Part shown: piece by piece, positions 27,357-36,774 of the stretch
How the letters are laid out: the number at the start of each line of letters is the position of its first letter
Numbering within the stretch: position 1 is the first letter of the stretch
Source: Shigella phage MK-13
Sequence record: MK509462
Direction: 5' to 3' (one strand)
Length of the DNA: 64,000 nucleotides
Made by a program: the position numbers and the translations under genes
The notes under the pieces: model-generated
What the model was told of the DNA's origin: nothing
The model's input: the letters and a program-made list of their open reading frames with translations, nothing else
The model's database searches: none

Positions 27357-27971
27357 TTACGCCTCCTCGTCGATGATTTCTTGTTCATCTTCGACAATCA
27401 TGATACCATCTTCAATCAGATCCGACAGATCCATCAGATCATCATCGAACCCGTCTCCTTCCCTGATATAGAAGACTGGGACGACACGACGGCGGGTCTC
27501 TTCATACACGCTTTCAGCGATCCGGTTAATATGGCGCACTACGCTGTAGAGGTTCAGACCACCGATGCCACAGCCGATAGCAGGCAGGCCGACATAGACG
27601 GTTTCGTCTTTAGTTGCTTCCACAATTTCGTGAACCTGCTCAAACAGGGTCTGAACAGAACTGATGACAGACGGCATGCGGGCATTCGGACCTGGATAGA
27701 ACTGAGTGTAGAGGTTCGCGCCCCAAACGCCCTTGCTGTGGTCGAATGCATAGGACATGCCACCCAGGCGTTGCTCTGGACCACGAGGGTCGTTCGCATC
27801 GGCTTCACGCAGGGCGGGGAAGTTGTTGCCGATATGCAGAGCAATACCCGCGCCCATGGTAGACCAGCAGTTGGCACCATGGGCAAAGATGTTGATCAGA
27901 TTAAAGCTGCAGGCGGCTTTCAGTAAATCACCACCGTTGATTACATATGTGGTCATGCGTACTGTCTCCAT
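27357..27971 (-). CDS. Macro domain protein (ADP-ribose binding/processing)
   Basis: HGANCWSTMGAGIALHI matches the macro N-x(4)-GGG-VxxAI region and VGLPAIGCGIGGLN matches the PAISTG-VYGYP region. Confidence 0.5.
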   Translation of the reverse strand: METVRMTTYVINGGDLLKAACSFNLINIFAHGANCWSTMGAGIALHIGNNFPALREADANDPRGPEQRLGGMSYAFDHSKGVWGANLYTQFYPGPNARMPSVISSVQTLFEQVHEIVEATKDETVYVGLPAIGCGIGGLNLYSVVRHINRIAESVYEETRRRVVPVFYIREGDGFDDDLMDLSDLIEDGIMIVEDEQEIIDEEA

Positions 27972-28195
27972 TCAATAATGCTGTTGTCAATGCATTTAAC
28001 GTAGAAGATGCCAGAACGATGACGACAGTCGGACATCTGTATGATGAAGTTGTCACCGTTGCGCACAAGCGTACCAACATGGATACCCCGCGCTGCCAAA
28101 CGAGAGATGATCTCTTTGCTCAGTCTGTCCATGTAACCCGCAACAGACGCAGGCTCAAAACAACGCTCAAACAGGTTTTCAAATTCTGGGTTCAT
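27953..28195 (-). CDS. Hypothetical small protein
   Basis: 80 aa ORF. Confidence 0.4.
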   Translation of the reverse strand: MNPEFENLFERCFEPASVAGYMDRLSKEIISRLAARGIHVGTLVRNGDNFIIQMSDCRHRSGIFYVKCIDNSIIEWRQYA

Positions 28196-28220
28196 TTTGT
28201 CTTACCAAACAAGGGGTCAA

Positions 28221-28238
28221 GGCGGTAATGATACCGCC
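28221..28238 (-). other. Intergenic hairpin ggcggtaatgataccgcc flanked by T-runs
   Basis: 6-bp GC stem; TTTTTCTTC on plus strand; TATTGAAGAA motif adjacent on the minus strand. Confidence 0.4.
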
Positions 28239-28245
28239 TTTTTCT

Positions 28246-28656
28246 TCAATAGAGGTCTTCGGAAAAGAGTTCACGGAATGGGGTTGTCTTCAGGCGCACC
28301 TGATTGATTTGTCCGGCTTCACGGGCTACGACGCAAGCCTCTTCACGAGTGAGGAAGTTGCCCTGATTGTCGATAAAGCCCTGTTCACGGGTATGGGTGG
28401 ATTTAATCACACCAGCCTCTTTCAGGATCTTGAGCTGGCTGTTCATGAATTTGCTGTGGTGACGGTCGGCAACGACGATCACGTCACCATATTTGTTGGC
28501 GGCAGCGACCACACGGCGCTCCCAGGCACCTTCGGCAGGAAGGTCACGGGTGTACAATGGAACCATCGTATCACCGATGTCATTCCCCTTCACCTGTGAG
28601 AACAACTTGCCTTCAGTGCCCGTTGGGAGTTCGCGAAAATAACCTAGTAATTTCAT
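28246..28656 (-). CDS. Hypothetical protein
   Basis: 136 aa ORF. Confidence 0.45.
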   Translation of the reverse strand: MKLLGYFRELPTGTEGKLFSQVKGNDIGDTMVPLYTRDLPAEGAWERRVVAAANKYGDVIVVADRHHSKFMNSQLKILKEAGVIKSTHTREQGFIDNQGNFLTREEACVVAREAGQINQVRLKTTPFRELFSEDLY

Positions 28657-28659
28657 AAT

Positions 28660-28977
28660 CTATTCAATCCAAATTTCAGGTTCAGGGATGTCGACCATAT
28701 CCACTGTCTGGTTCTTCAGATCATGGAAACAGTCGCCGAGGAATTGTATTTTGCCGTCGGTCAGGAACAGATGGCAACGTGATGCTGGATCAGATGCATC
28801 CACCAGCAGGCTCGGCGTGAACGTAGGAGCAACGACATTGTTGTTCCACGACCACATCGGACCTTGGGCATCACCCTTCACGCGATATGGGTGAAGCATA
28901 TCACATCCAGGGCAGTGAAAATACAGGGAATCACCCATAGACAGAAGTTTAGGACTCAGAAGCTGTGACATGGTCAA
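28660..28977 (-). CDS. Hypothetical protein with Cys/His cluster
   Basis: 105 aa; HCPGCD...H...CH pattern. Confidence 0.4.
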   Translation of the reverse strand: MTMSQLLSPKLLSMGDSLYFHCPGCDMLHPYRVKGDAQGPMWSWNNNVVAPTFTPSLLVDASDPASRCHLFLTDGKIQFLGDCFHDLKNQTVDMVDIPEPEIWIE

Positions 28978-29261
28978 CCCTCTACAGTAGCATCAGGATC
29001 GTATGGGCGCAATTCACCAACCAGCTTCGGAAAGAGTGCAAGCCCAAACAGGTTGAAAGAACGCATGGTGCCGACCATTGCAACATCTTCTCCTTCCTCG
29101 ATATCTTTCAGGGCGCACATTGGGTAATATTCATCGACCTCTGGGTCTTCCGTCTCACCATAGAGACCAAACGCCACCTCTTCTTTGATAAAGCGAGGAA
29201 CCAGGAAATCAAATAGGAAAATGATGAATACCACAGGTGCCGCAGAACGGAGATAGAACAT
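28974..29261 (-). CDS. Hypothetical protein
   Basis: 95 aa ORF; ATGA coupling. Confidence 0.4.
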   Translation of the reverse strand: MFYLRSAAPVVFIIFLFDFLVPRFIKEEVAFGLYGETEDPEVDEYYPMCALKDIEEGEDVAMVGTMRSFNLFGLALFPKLVGELRPYDPDATVEG

Positions 29262-29303
29262 AGCACAACCCTCGCAGGTGAGGAGGGGCGAACCCCTCCT
29301 ATG

Positions 29304-30635
29304 TTATAGGCCAAGAGCCTTTTCAAGGTCATCAAGGTCTTCAGTGTAAAGATCGATGTCCTCTTTCTTACTTAATTCCTTGTGCTGTGCTTCAAGGTTC
29401 TCAATCTGCTTGAGTAGGCGCTCACGGGCGTCCAGGGTGATGGATGACAGCGGCATCTTGAACAACTCGTCAAGATCACCGCCAAAGTCCGGGTAGTCCT
29501 GCATGAACAGAGACTTCAGCACGTCAATCTTTTGGCGGAGATCAACACGCGTCGCCCATTCAATGAACACCGCCCGGTCACCCAGCTTGCGGATCCTGTC
29601 TGCCATGTCCTTCAACAGATACTGGCGACGATCTTCATACCGCGACAGGCGATAATTGAAGAACGGCAGCAACATATCCTGCCAACCCGCATAACGATGG
29701 ATTACCCCGTCTTCATCCCATGCTGTCCAAACAGGCTTGTTAGCAGAGTACAACTTGAACATCTGCTCAACCTGTTCATCACTCAGCTTAGAGAGTTCAC
29801 CCCGCTTGAATACAACCGTGATATCCCAGCCGTCTTCGGTCGTGTCGTTGGCGTACTCGGTCAGGATACCAGCCTTGTACAGAGGCAGCAACACCTTGGT
29901 CTCATAGGTCTTGGCGAACCAACCCACTGGGACTTCGGTGATATGCAGGGTGGTGGCATTGACGCGACGGAAGATGCCGCGACTGTATGCTCTTCCTTCC
30001 TCAGTATAGCCTGTCTCCCCTTTGTAGCCGTTCCAGTACGGTTTTAAGTCTTTCGGGTCTTCGCCACGGAGAAGCGCTCTCAGGGCACTGAGCACGGACT
30101 TAACGCAATGACACGGGGTGTCGGTGGAATATCCGGTGCCGATACCATTGATCCCATTCACCAGGAACATAGGGAGGATAGGCAGGAAGAACTTCGGTTC
30201 CAGTCTTTCTTCACCAAGGTAATTGTATTCTAAAATACCCTCATCCTCCTTGCGGAAGATCTTGCGGATAACATCAGATATAGCCACCGAAATGTATCGG
30301 GCAGATGAAGCATCACGCCCCATGATAGAACCAAACTGGCCGTCGCGGTCAAAGTACGGGATGTTGTTCGTACCTGGGAACCCCTGAGCCATGTTCACGA
30401 TAGTGCCGCTCATGTTCTCACCACCAGACTTGTAGTTGGTCCGGGCGGCGGCGAACATACCAAGGCGGTCAACGATCTCCTCCTTGTTGTACTCAAGAGC
30501 AGCGAAAAGGATCTTGCGCTGGCTCGGCTTGAGGCTGTCAATCAGCTGAGGAATTTGACGGATGCTGTTGACCACAGAAAACTGCTTATGGTCAGTGTTG
30601 ACAAAGTCCGTTACAGTAATGCTCTTGGCAACCAT
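29304..30635 (-). CDS. DNA topoisomerase II medium subunit (T4 gp52-like, GyrA-like)
   Basis: Lies immediately downstream of the GyrB-like large subunit gene; start moved to the internal ATG preceded by AGGA just after the upstream stop. Confidence 0.6.
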   Translation of the reverse strand: MVAKSITVTDFVNTDHKQFSVVNSIRQIPQLIDSLKPSQRKILFAALEYNKEEIVDRLGMFAAARTNYKSGGENMSGTIVNMAQGFPGTNNIPYFDRDGQFGSIMGRDASSARYISVAISDVIRKIFRKEDEGILEYNYLGEERLEPKFFLPILPMFLVNGINGIGTGYSTDTPCHCVKSVLSALRALLRGEDPKDLKPYWNGYKGETGYTEEGRAYSRGIFRRVNATTLHITEVPVGWFAKTYETKVLLPLYKAGILTEYANDTTEDGWDITVVFKRGELSKLSDEQVEQMFKLYSANKPVWTAWDEDGVIHRYAGWQDMLLPFFNYRLSRYEDRRQYLLKDMADRIRKLGDRAVFIEWATRVDLRQKIDVLKSLFMQDYPDFGGDLDELFKMPLSSITLDARERLLKQIENLEAQHKELSKKEDIDLYTEDLDDLEKALGL

Positions 30636-30636
30636 C

Positions 30637-32550
30637 TTATTCATCCTCAGTTTCAAACAGGCAAACATCGCTAAACCAGGTTTTGCGGTAATCGGCGGCC
30701 TCATCACCGAAGCCATTCTTCAGTGACTGTTGATAGCCATCGTCCAGCGTGACCGTCGTAGTATACGCATCCAGGTTGTTTAGAATACGTTTGAAGTCTT
30801 CAGTGCTGTTACCGCCAAGACCTTTCAGATATTTCTTCTTCGTGATCTTCTTGGCATCAGGCGTCTTCAGGAACTCCTCATACTCGGCGTTGTTCATGAA
30901 CTCATGCATCACCTTACCACACCATACACGCATGTAAGGGGTGCGCAGGAGCTTCAGCCTGCCCTGACGGACGTACTCCGGCCAGTAGGTGCAATACAGG
31001 GTGATCAACAACCCACGGATGTGAATACCGTCATCGTCCGCATCGGTAGCCACAACAGTCTGTGGGTAGCGGCTGATGTCAAGTGGCTGACCGGGCACTG
31101 CGCCGCCGTGAATCGTACACAGGTTCTTGAACTCTTCATTGTTCATCACCTTTGTGCGCGGGGCGTTCAGGCAGTTGATGAACTTACCACGAAGCGGGAA
31201 CAATCCGATCTTTTTGGTGTCACGGGCGTTCAGGATAGGATTGGAGGCGCTATCACCCTCGGTCAGTAGCAGGGAGCATCCGCTGCGGTCACCACGGGCG
31301 GTCGCCGGGTAATACTTCTCAATCTCACGATAATCCCGCTTGCTGATATCCTTCTTGGCCTTTTCAAACTCAGCATCATCCTGCTCATTGCGCAGGGAAG
31401 CCAGTTCTTTGCTCAGACCAGCCATAACGAACTCAAGCGCCTTGCGGATGAGTTTGTCACTCGGTTTGTACGACGTACCGAACTGGCTTACAGGAGTGGT
31501 CATGCGCTCCTTGGTCTGGCTGTCAAAGCGCGGGTTGTTGATGTCGACGGCAATGAACAAGGACATGTGGTTCTTGATCATGGCAGGTTTCAGCTCGGTC
31601 TTGAACTTCTTCACCAGCTGAGGACGAATCGCAGCCACGATCTGGTCGGCGACATAATCAACGTGAGGACCACCGATGTGGGTGGCAATAGAGTTCACGT
31701 ATGATGCGTGCATGAACGTACCGGATGAAGGGGCTACAGCAACCGACCATTCACCAGATTCATCAACAGCGGAACCAGCATGGAAGTAATCAACGAAGTG
31801 ACCAAAGCGGTCAATCCGGATTTGCTTCCCGTTCAGCACAACCTTCAGGCGCGGGTTACACGCAGCCACTTCAAACGCGCGGCGATAGATCATCAGCAGG
31901 TTGTTCTGGTCAAGCCCTTTGACGCCCAGGCGAGCATAGTCAGGAATCCAGGCGATGGTGGTGCCGAACTCTTTCGGTGTATTGCTGATGACCGGATTAG
32001 ACTTCTTGCTCATGTTGTCTTCAAACAGCTGGGCATAAGACTTCTTGCCGTCGCTGGTAGCAACACGGAACCACTTTGAGAACACGTTGACGAGCGAAGC
32101 CCCTTCACCGTTCTGGCCACCAGACTTCTGGTTGTTGTACTCTTCGTCTTCGTCGTTGAAGTTGCTGCCTGCATACAGGGAGCCGAAGAGCATCTCAGGC
32201 AACCACTCGTTGGTAACACCGTGCTTCACAACAGGGATGCCCCCGTTATCGGCCACGATGATTTGACCGTTCATCGGGGAAACCGTGACAGTGATTTCCG
32301 TCAGGGATTTACCCTCAGGCGTCTTGCTGTGGTCAACACAGTTGGTGATGATTTCATCAAACTGTTTGATCAGGGCGGGGGAGTACTCAAAGTTGTCACG
32401 GAAAATGACTTGGTCTTTGGTTGGGTCGTACACCCACACCGTACCAACAGACGAACGGATGCTGCCCAGATGACGCTCTGGGCGAAGGAGGATATGCTCG
32501 ACGTGAGTGAGCTTCTTGTACTTGCGTTCAATATCAATTTTATCAGACAT
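30637..32550 (-). CDS. DNA topoisomerase II large subunit (T4 gp39-like, GyrB-like ATPase + Toprim), single unsplit ORF
   Basis: 637 aa; N-terminal GHKL region (HILLRPERHLGS, FDEIITNCVDH, VADNGGIPV) as in T4 gp39; continuous reading frame. Confidence 0.75.
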   Translation of the reverse strand: MSDKIDIERKYKKLTHVEHILLRPERHLGSIRSSVGTVWVYDPTKDQVIFRDNFEYSPALIKQFDEIITNCVDHSKTPEGKSLTEITVTVSPMNGQIIVADNGGIPVVKHGVTNEWLPEMLFGSLYAGSNFNDEDEEYNNQKSGGQNGEGASLVNVFSKWFRVATSDGKKSYAQLFEDNMSKKSNPVISNTPKEFGTTIAWIPDYARLGVKGLDQNNLLMIYRRAFEVAACNPRLKVVLNGKQIRIDRFGHFVDYFHAGSAVDESGEWSVAVAPSSGTFMHASYVNSIATHIGGPHVDYVADQIVAAIRPQLVKKFKTELKPAMIKNHMSLFIAVDINNPRFDSQTKERMTTPVSQFGTSYKPSDKLIRKALEFVMAGLSKELASLRNEQDDAEFEKAKKDISKRDYREIEKYYPATARGDRSGCSLLLTEGDSASNPILNARDTKKIGLFPLRGKFINCLNAPRTKVMNNEEFKNLCTIHGGAVPGQPLDISRYPQTVVATDADDDGIHIRGLLITLYCTYWPEYVRQGRLKLLRTPYMRVWCGKVMHEFMNNAEYEEFLKTPDAKKITKKKYLKGLGGNSTEDFKRILNNLDAYTTTVTLDDGYQQSLKNGFGDEAADYRKTWFSDVCLFETEDE

Positions 32551-32599
32551 CGGTCTATCCCGTCAATGGTAAACACACAAGATTATGTATGGGCTTGGG

Positions 32600-33184
32600 T
32601 TATAGACCAAATTTAGTACGCCACTTTTCAACTTTGTGTTCAATAGCGTGCTCTACCTTAACAATAGTGCTTTTGAGATTATTGTTATGGTCGCAAGCCA
32701 ATTTGGCTGTGTGTTTGATGACACCGTTCACCAACTCGACCAGATTATCATCTGTTCTTTGTGGTTGATTGAGCAACCTGGTAATGCGACCTTTGTAGTG
32801 GTTGATCATCGCCATTTGCTTGTCGAGACTATCAACCCCACCACAGAACCAGTAATCTTCCAGGGTGTGTTGTGTAAGATCACTTGTTCGGTTAGCCTGT
32901 GACAGAGAGAATATCAATGAATCGAATATCTCGTCTTTGGTCATAGAACCGTGTTGTTGAGTATGCTGGTAGTCGCAAACATACAGCAAGTCCAGAGCAG
33001 AGATAATAACGTCAGCCACTTCACCGTTTAAAGGTTCTGACCCAGCGATACCATACAACACATCAGACAGTTCGCAAGTTTCTTCAACGAGTTTGCAATA
33101 CACAAAAAAGGATGGTCGATTTGGCGTAATCTGGCTCAGTTCGTATGATGTTTCTAACACACGACGAATAAAATTCATTTTCAT
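32600..33184 (-). CDS. MazG-like nucleotide pyrophosphohydrolase domain protein
   Basis: KLVEETCELSDV ... GEVADVIISALDLLYV resembles the MazG EExxEL / DxxxxL signature. Confidence 0.4.
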   Translation of the reverse strand: MKMNFIRRVLETSYELSQITPNRPSFFVYCKLVEETCELSDVLYGIAGSEPLNGEVADVIISALDLLYVCDYQHTQQHGSMTKDEIFDSLIFSLSQANRTSDLTQHTLEDYWFCGGVDSLDKQMAMINHYKGRITRLLNQPQRTDDNLVELVNGVIKHTAKLACDHNNNLKSTIVKVEHAIEHKVEKWRTKFGL

Positions 33185-33684
33185 TTCAGAGTTCCTTGTA
33201 TACGGATACGATTAATGTGTGCAATGATATAGTCCATAGAGGTTTGAAAACTATATTTCCCGTTCCGAACGTATGCATGGATCAGAGGGAGTCGACTGTA
33301 CGCCAATCTGATCTTCAGCAGGTCGGGCATTGTCTGGAGTTTCATGCTGGTGGCAAACAGAATGTCCCGCTTGAATTCTTCGGATGATGGATCAAGGACA
33401 GCGATGCGAGTGGCCGCCAACCCCTGCCCATATTGCTTGGCTTCGTAGCCGTCGAGCAAGCGCAGGTTGTCATCCCTGTACTTTAGCCAATACCAGTAGC
33501 CTTCCATGGAGTTGAACACGCCGTGCTCATAGGTAGTCACTGGATGATGGGCAAAATGCGAGAGGAAGCGCCCGAGTTCCGTTTGGCTCTGGCTGTAGAT
33601 GTTGAAGTGATTCTTACCCTCTGTTTCAGGGGTCATCTTGTTCTGTGGAACGCTCATTAACAGCATCATGATGTAGTTTCTCAA
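33181..33684 (-). CDS. NADAR-like (YbiA-like) domain protein
   Basis: FNIYSQSQTELGRFLSHFAHHPV...G.FNSMEGYW parallels YbiA INFYSTSDDYGDFSNFAAWPI...SEHYF; C-terminal part diverges. Confidence 0.4.
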   Translation of the reverse strand: MRNYIMMLLMSVPQNKMTPETEGKNHFNIYSQSQTELGRFLSHFAHHPVTTYEHGVFNSMEGYWYWLKYRDDNLRLLDGYEAKQYGQGLAATRIAVLDPSSEEFKRDILFATSMKLQTMPDLLKIRLAYSRLPLIHAYVRNGKYSFQTSMDYIIAHINRIRIQGTLK

Positions 33685-33711
33685 ATCAAAGTATTGCTGT
33701 GTGCAGCCAGT

Positions 33712-33909
33712 TTATTTCTTCACACACCCCAAATAGGAGCAGAGTAAACCGACAGCAGAAAATATAATGGCAAGTAGGTAACGAGTCACCTGCATTTGTG
33801 ATGTTGTAAGCAGGCTGACAACGCTTTCGAGCGCCAGGAACAAACAAACTCCAGCGACTACACCGAACTTGAACGAATTACGTTCTCTGTTAATTCTGAA
33901 CTTGTACAT
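33712..33909 (-). CDS. Small membrane protein
   Basis: 65 aa with two hydrophobic helices. Confidence 0.35.
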   Translation of the reverse strand: MYKFRINRERNSFKFGVVAGVCLFLALESVVSLLTTSQMQVTRYLLAIIFSAVGLLCSYLGCVKK

Positions 33910-33958
33910 TGTGCGCCTCCTGTTAGGGAAATAGGGGAGTTTCCTCCCCTGTAACTAT

Positions 33959-34459
33959 CTAGCCCAGAAACACTACTAAAGTCAAATTTGTGAAAGCACT
34001 GCGGCTATTGCGCAACATTTCATGGGCGGCAGCCAAGCGTTTCGGATCATGAAGTGTATCAGAGAACACGATGATGTTTGCTTTATCGATACCCGTGCCC
34101 ATGTAATGGGAGATGGTTGTCGTGTGCTGTTTCTTGTCTACATCGGGTGGCGGTACATCCGCGCCTGCTCGGGAGTGGAAGAAATAATCGCGTTCACGAA
34201 CGCTATGGAAGACGCCCATGATGTTGAGGTTGTTCTCTGTCTGGAAATCATAGGACAGAATCTTCTTCAGCGCGGCGGTATGCCCAGTCTGGCGCAGCAT
34301 GCGATAGTACAGTATGTTTCCAGGACAGGTGGGGTCCGTCACGCCTCCCCTCGATTGGCGATCTTTCTGGATTTCATACGCATCCAGGATAAGTTGTTGG
34401 ACCATTCCAATATGGGCAGTCAGGGAGATTTCTACTTTACGCTTGATCATGGATTTCAT
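33959..34459 (-). CDS. Hypothetical protein
   Basis: 166 aa ORF. Confidence 0.45.
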   Translation of the reverse strand: MKSMIKRKVEISLTAHIGMVQQLILDAYEIQKDRQSRGGVTDPTCPGNILYYRMLRQTGHTAALKKILSYDFQTENNLNIMGVFHSVRERDYFFHSRAGADVPPPDVDKKQHTTTISHYMGTGIDKANIIVFSDTLHDPKRLAAAHEMLRNSRSAFTNLTLVVFLG

Positions 34460-34530
34460 TTGGTGTATCCTCAGTTAGGTTCCGCTCATGGGGAACGGGT
34501 CCATTATACACCGAATACTGGAAATGAAAA

Positions 34531-34546
34531 AGAGGCCGGAGCCTCT
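34531..34546 (-). terminator. Hairpin agaggc-cgga-gcctct with T-runs on both sides
   Basis: 6-bp stem; TTTGTT on plus, TTTTTC on minus; downstream of minus gene 34578..34811. Confidence 0.45.
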
Positions 34547-34577
34547 TTTGTTAACCCATGATGATCGCGTTCATGAC

Positions 34578-34811
34578 TTATTCCTCTTCATATTTGCCTG
34601 TCCTGAAGTTCCACCTTCGTGCATTCTTCAGGTCGAGGTCTTTGAAGATATTCCCAAAGATCTTTTGGAAGTCGGTCTGCTCTTGTTCTTCCTCAAGATC
34701 CTTGGGTTTCTTGACAGGCTCTTTCACCATACCACCTTCGGGTTTCCCCACATCGGTGGTAGTGGTGCCAGGGGCTGCCGAGTCTTCAAGAAAGTCCTGG
34801 AAGCCCTTCAT
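34578..34811 (-). CDS. Hypothetical small protein
   Basis: 77 aa ORF. Confidence 0.35.
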   Translation of the reverse strand: MKGFQDFLEDSAAPGTTTTDVGKPEGGMVKEPVKKPKDLEEEQEQTDFQKIFGNIFKDLDLKNARRWNFRTGKYEEE

Positions 34812-34813
34812 GA

Positions 34814-35635
34814 TTAGACCACAGCCATTTCACAACGGGTGGAGGCCACAGAGTGGCCGTCGGCGTCTTCAACAACACACCAGTACTCACCCTCGTCTGC
34901 GGCATCAACTGCAGTGATAACCAGGCTCGCAGTTGCAGCAGTGGCGTTGGCGCCAGCATCGATCACCACACCTTCACCGCCAGGGACATCAGAGAAGTAC
35001 CAAGCATATGTGTATGGGGTAGTGCCGCCTGTAGCAGCGATGGTGAAGGTTGCGTCTTCACCTGCTGTTACATCCTGAGAAGCAGCCAGATCAGTAGACA
35101 GAGCCAGCGCACCCGCCACTGTGATGACGGTAGAGTCAGTGTGACCACCTTCGATGGTAACACCGTACACAGTCACAGAACCAGGAGCCAGCAGCTTGAA
35201 TTTACCACCGCCGATGTGTACAGCTTTGGTGATGTCACCAGAGTACCAGTTGACACCCTGGTAGGTCGCGTTCGCCGGAGCGACGGTCGCCAGCAGTTCA
35301 ACAACCTGACCGACTTCACCACCAGCAGTCGCAGGGGTGATGGTCAGGCCAGTGGTCAGCACGGCGCTTGGGTCGTGGATTTCGTAAGAGATCTCGAAGC
35401 CGATAGGCTTGGTTGGATCAACTTTGGTCACGCCATCAGCCTGAAGATTGCTCTTGGTCAGAAGTGCATCCAGGCCTTTACACTCGGTCAGGATCTCGTC
35501 AGGGTCTTGGTTAAGACTGGTCTTTTCCCAACCCTTGGCAGTGCCTGTCACGGTGTGCAGACGCTCGGTTTCCGGTTTGTTGCGAACAACTTCCGGTGCT
35601 ACTAATACAGTGATTGTTGGCATGGTTTCCTCCAC
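34814..35635 (-). CDS. Ig-like domain protein (Big_2 plus I-set-like domains; Hoc-like surface decoration candidate)
   Basis: 273 aa; Big_2-like APANATYQGVNWYSGDITKAVHIGGGKFKLLAPGSVTVYGV and Ig-like ...ASLVITAVDAADEGEYWCVVEDADGH... Confidence 0.55.
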   Translation of the reverse strand: MEETMPTITVLVAPEVVRNKPETERLHTVTGTAKGWEKTSLNQDPDEILTECKGLDALLTKSNLQADGVTKVDPTKPIGFEISYEIHDPSAVLTTGLTITPATAGGEVGQVVELLATVAPANATYQGVNWYSGDITKAVHIGGGKFKLLAPGSVTVYGVTIEGGHTDSTVITVAGALALSTDLAASQDVTAGEDATFTIAATGGTTPYTYAWYFSDVPGGEGVVIDAGANATAATASLVITAVDAADEGEYWCVVEDADGHSVASTRCEMAVV

Positions 35636-35994
35636 TCGCCCAAATCGTTGTTCAGAGCCATTAATAGCTCGTTATCTGGTTCGTATGAACCGGAACATAA
35701 ATCATCACGCCATACGCCTAACGTCAACAAAGCAGCCTTGAGGCGCGGAAGCTGAGACTTATCCGTTTTCAACACAAGCATACGACAGACTGCTTCTGCT
35801 TCGAACGTATTGAAGAGAGTGATCAGCTGATTCAATATGAGCCTTGGACTCTTGCCAGGCACAAATCTCTTCAATGATTGGTTAATTAGCGAAATTCGCT
35901 GTATGTCTGTCAGCAACTCATCCCGTGAGATAGAATCAACAATGTAATGCCTCAAGGCATACTCTATCAGATTGCTTTCGTCAACGATAACCAT
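35602..35994 (-). CDS. Hypothetical protein
   Basis: 130 aa ORF. Confidence 0.4.
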   Translation of the reverse strand: MVIVDESNLIEYALRHYIVDSISRDELLTDIQRISLINQSLKRFVPGKSPRLILNQLITLFNTFEAEAVCRMLVLKTDKSQLPRLKAALLTLGVWRDDLCSGSYEPDNELLMALNNDLGEWRKPCQQSLY

Positions 35995-36023
35995 ATAGAT
36001 TAATTCAGCTGTTGTACACTGCT

Positions 36024-36449
36024 TTATTTAATCTGCAATTTTTCGATCAGTTGAGCAATCAACGTAATGCGATCTTCTACTGTGATACCCAAAGGTTCAG
36101 CCAGCAGCTTCAGGTCGTCCATACCCAGAAGGTTCAGAGTATCTGCTGTAATGTTGGTGGAGATGACAGCGCCCTTCTCAAACGGCTTGCCATACTTGTC
36201 GCGACCATAACGCTTCAGCGTGGACGCCAACCCTGGAAGCTCCTGGAGGAGTTCTTTGGTGCCGTCTTGGTATTCGCACACCCAACCGTACCCGCCAGCG
36301 TAGACGACGCCTCCATCCCCGCCTGTAGGCATGTTGTCTACAGCGCGTTGCAGGTAGGTAGGTAACACACCTTCCTCCTTCGCCTGGATGTCATCAACGG
36401 GGGCTGCAGTTGCGGTTTCAACTTTCTTGGTTTCGGGTTTCTTCGCCAT
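36024..36449 (-). CDS. Hypothetical protein
   Basis: 141 aa ORF with basic N-terminus. Confidence 0.4.
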   Translation of the reverse strand: MAKKPETKKVETATAAPVDDIQAKEEGVLPTYLQRAVDNMPTGGDGGVVYAGGYGWVCEYQDGTKELLQELPGLASTLKRYGRDKYGKPFEKGAVISTNITADTLNLLGMDDLKLLAEPLGITVEDRITLIAQLIEKLQIK

Positions 36450-36723
36450 GATTGGTTCTCCTATAGACTGTTATGTATTTACCACAGCAATTGCAGCAGT
36501 ATACGTGCATTGCATACCCATCATCTGTGAAGTCACAACCACCACAGCGACAGAACAACTTCACGAACTGGTCGCCATGCACTTCACGGGGAGGGAATTG
36601 TTTGTGGGAGTATTCCCTGGTCTCTCCTTCGAATTGGAAAGAGTCAATCAGGAACTTCGTTATCCGGCGGTGTGGTCCATATGCTTGCTGGGCATATTTG
36701 AAGTAGACATCAGTGGTTAACAT
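36418..36723 (-). CDS. Cys-rich small protein
   Basis: 101 aa; CRCGGCD...CCNCCGK pattern. Confidence 0.35.
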   Translation of the reverse strand: MLTTDVYFKYAQQAYGPHRRITKFLIDSFQFEGETREYSHKQFPPREVHGDQFVKLFCRCGGCDFTDDGYAMHVYCCNCCGKYITVYRRTNHGEETRNQES

Positions 36724-36740
36724 ATCGACCTCAAAGAAAA

Positions 36741-36756
36741 GGAGGCCGAAGCCCCC
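36741..36756 (-). terminator. Hairpin (ggaggc-cgaa-gccccc) with minus-strand T-run
   Basis: GC stem between minus genes; TTTTCTTTG follows on the minus strand. Confidence 0.4.
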
Positions 36757-36774
36757 TTGCAGGTTTACTGAAGA

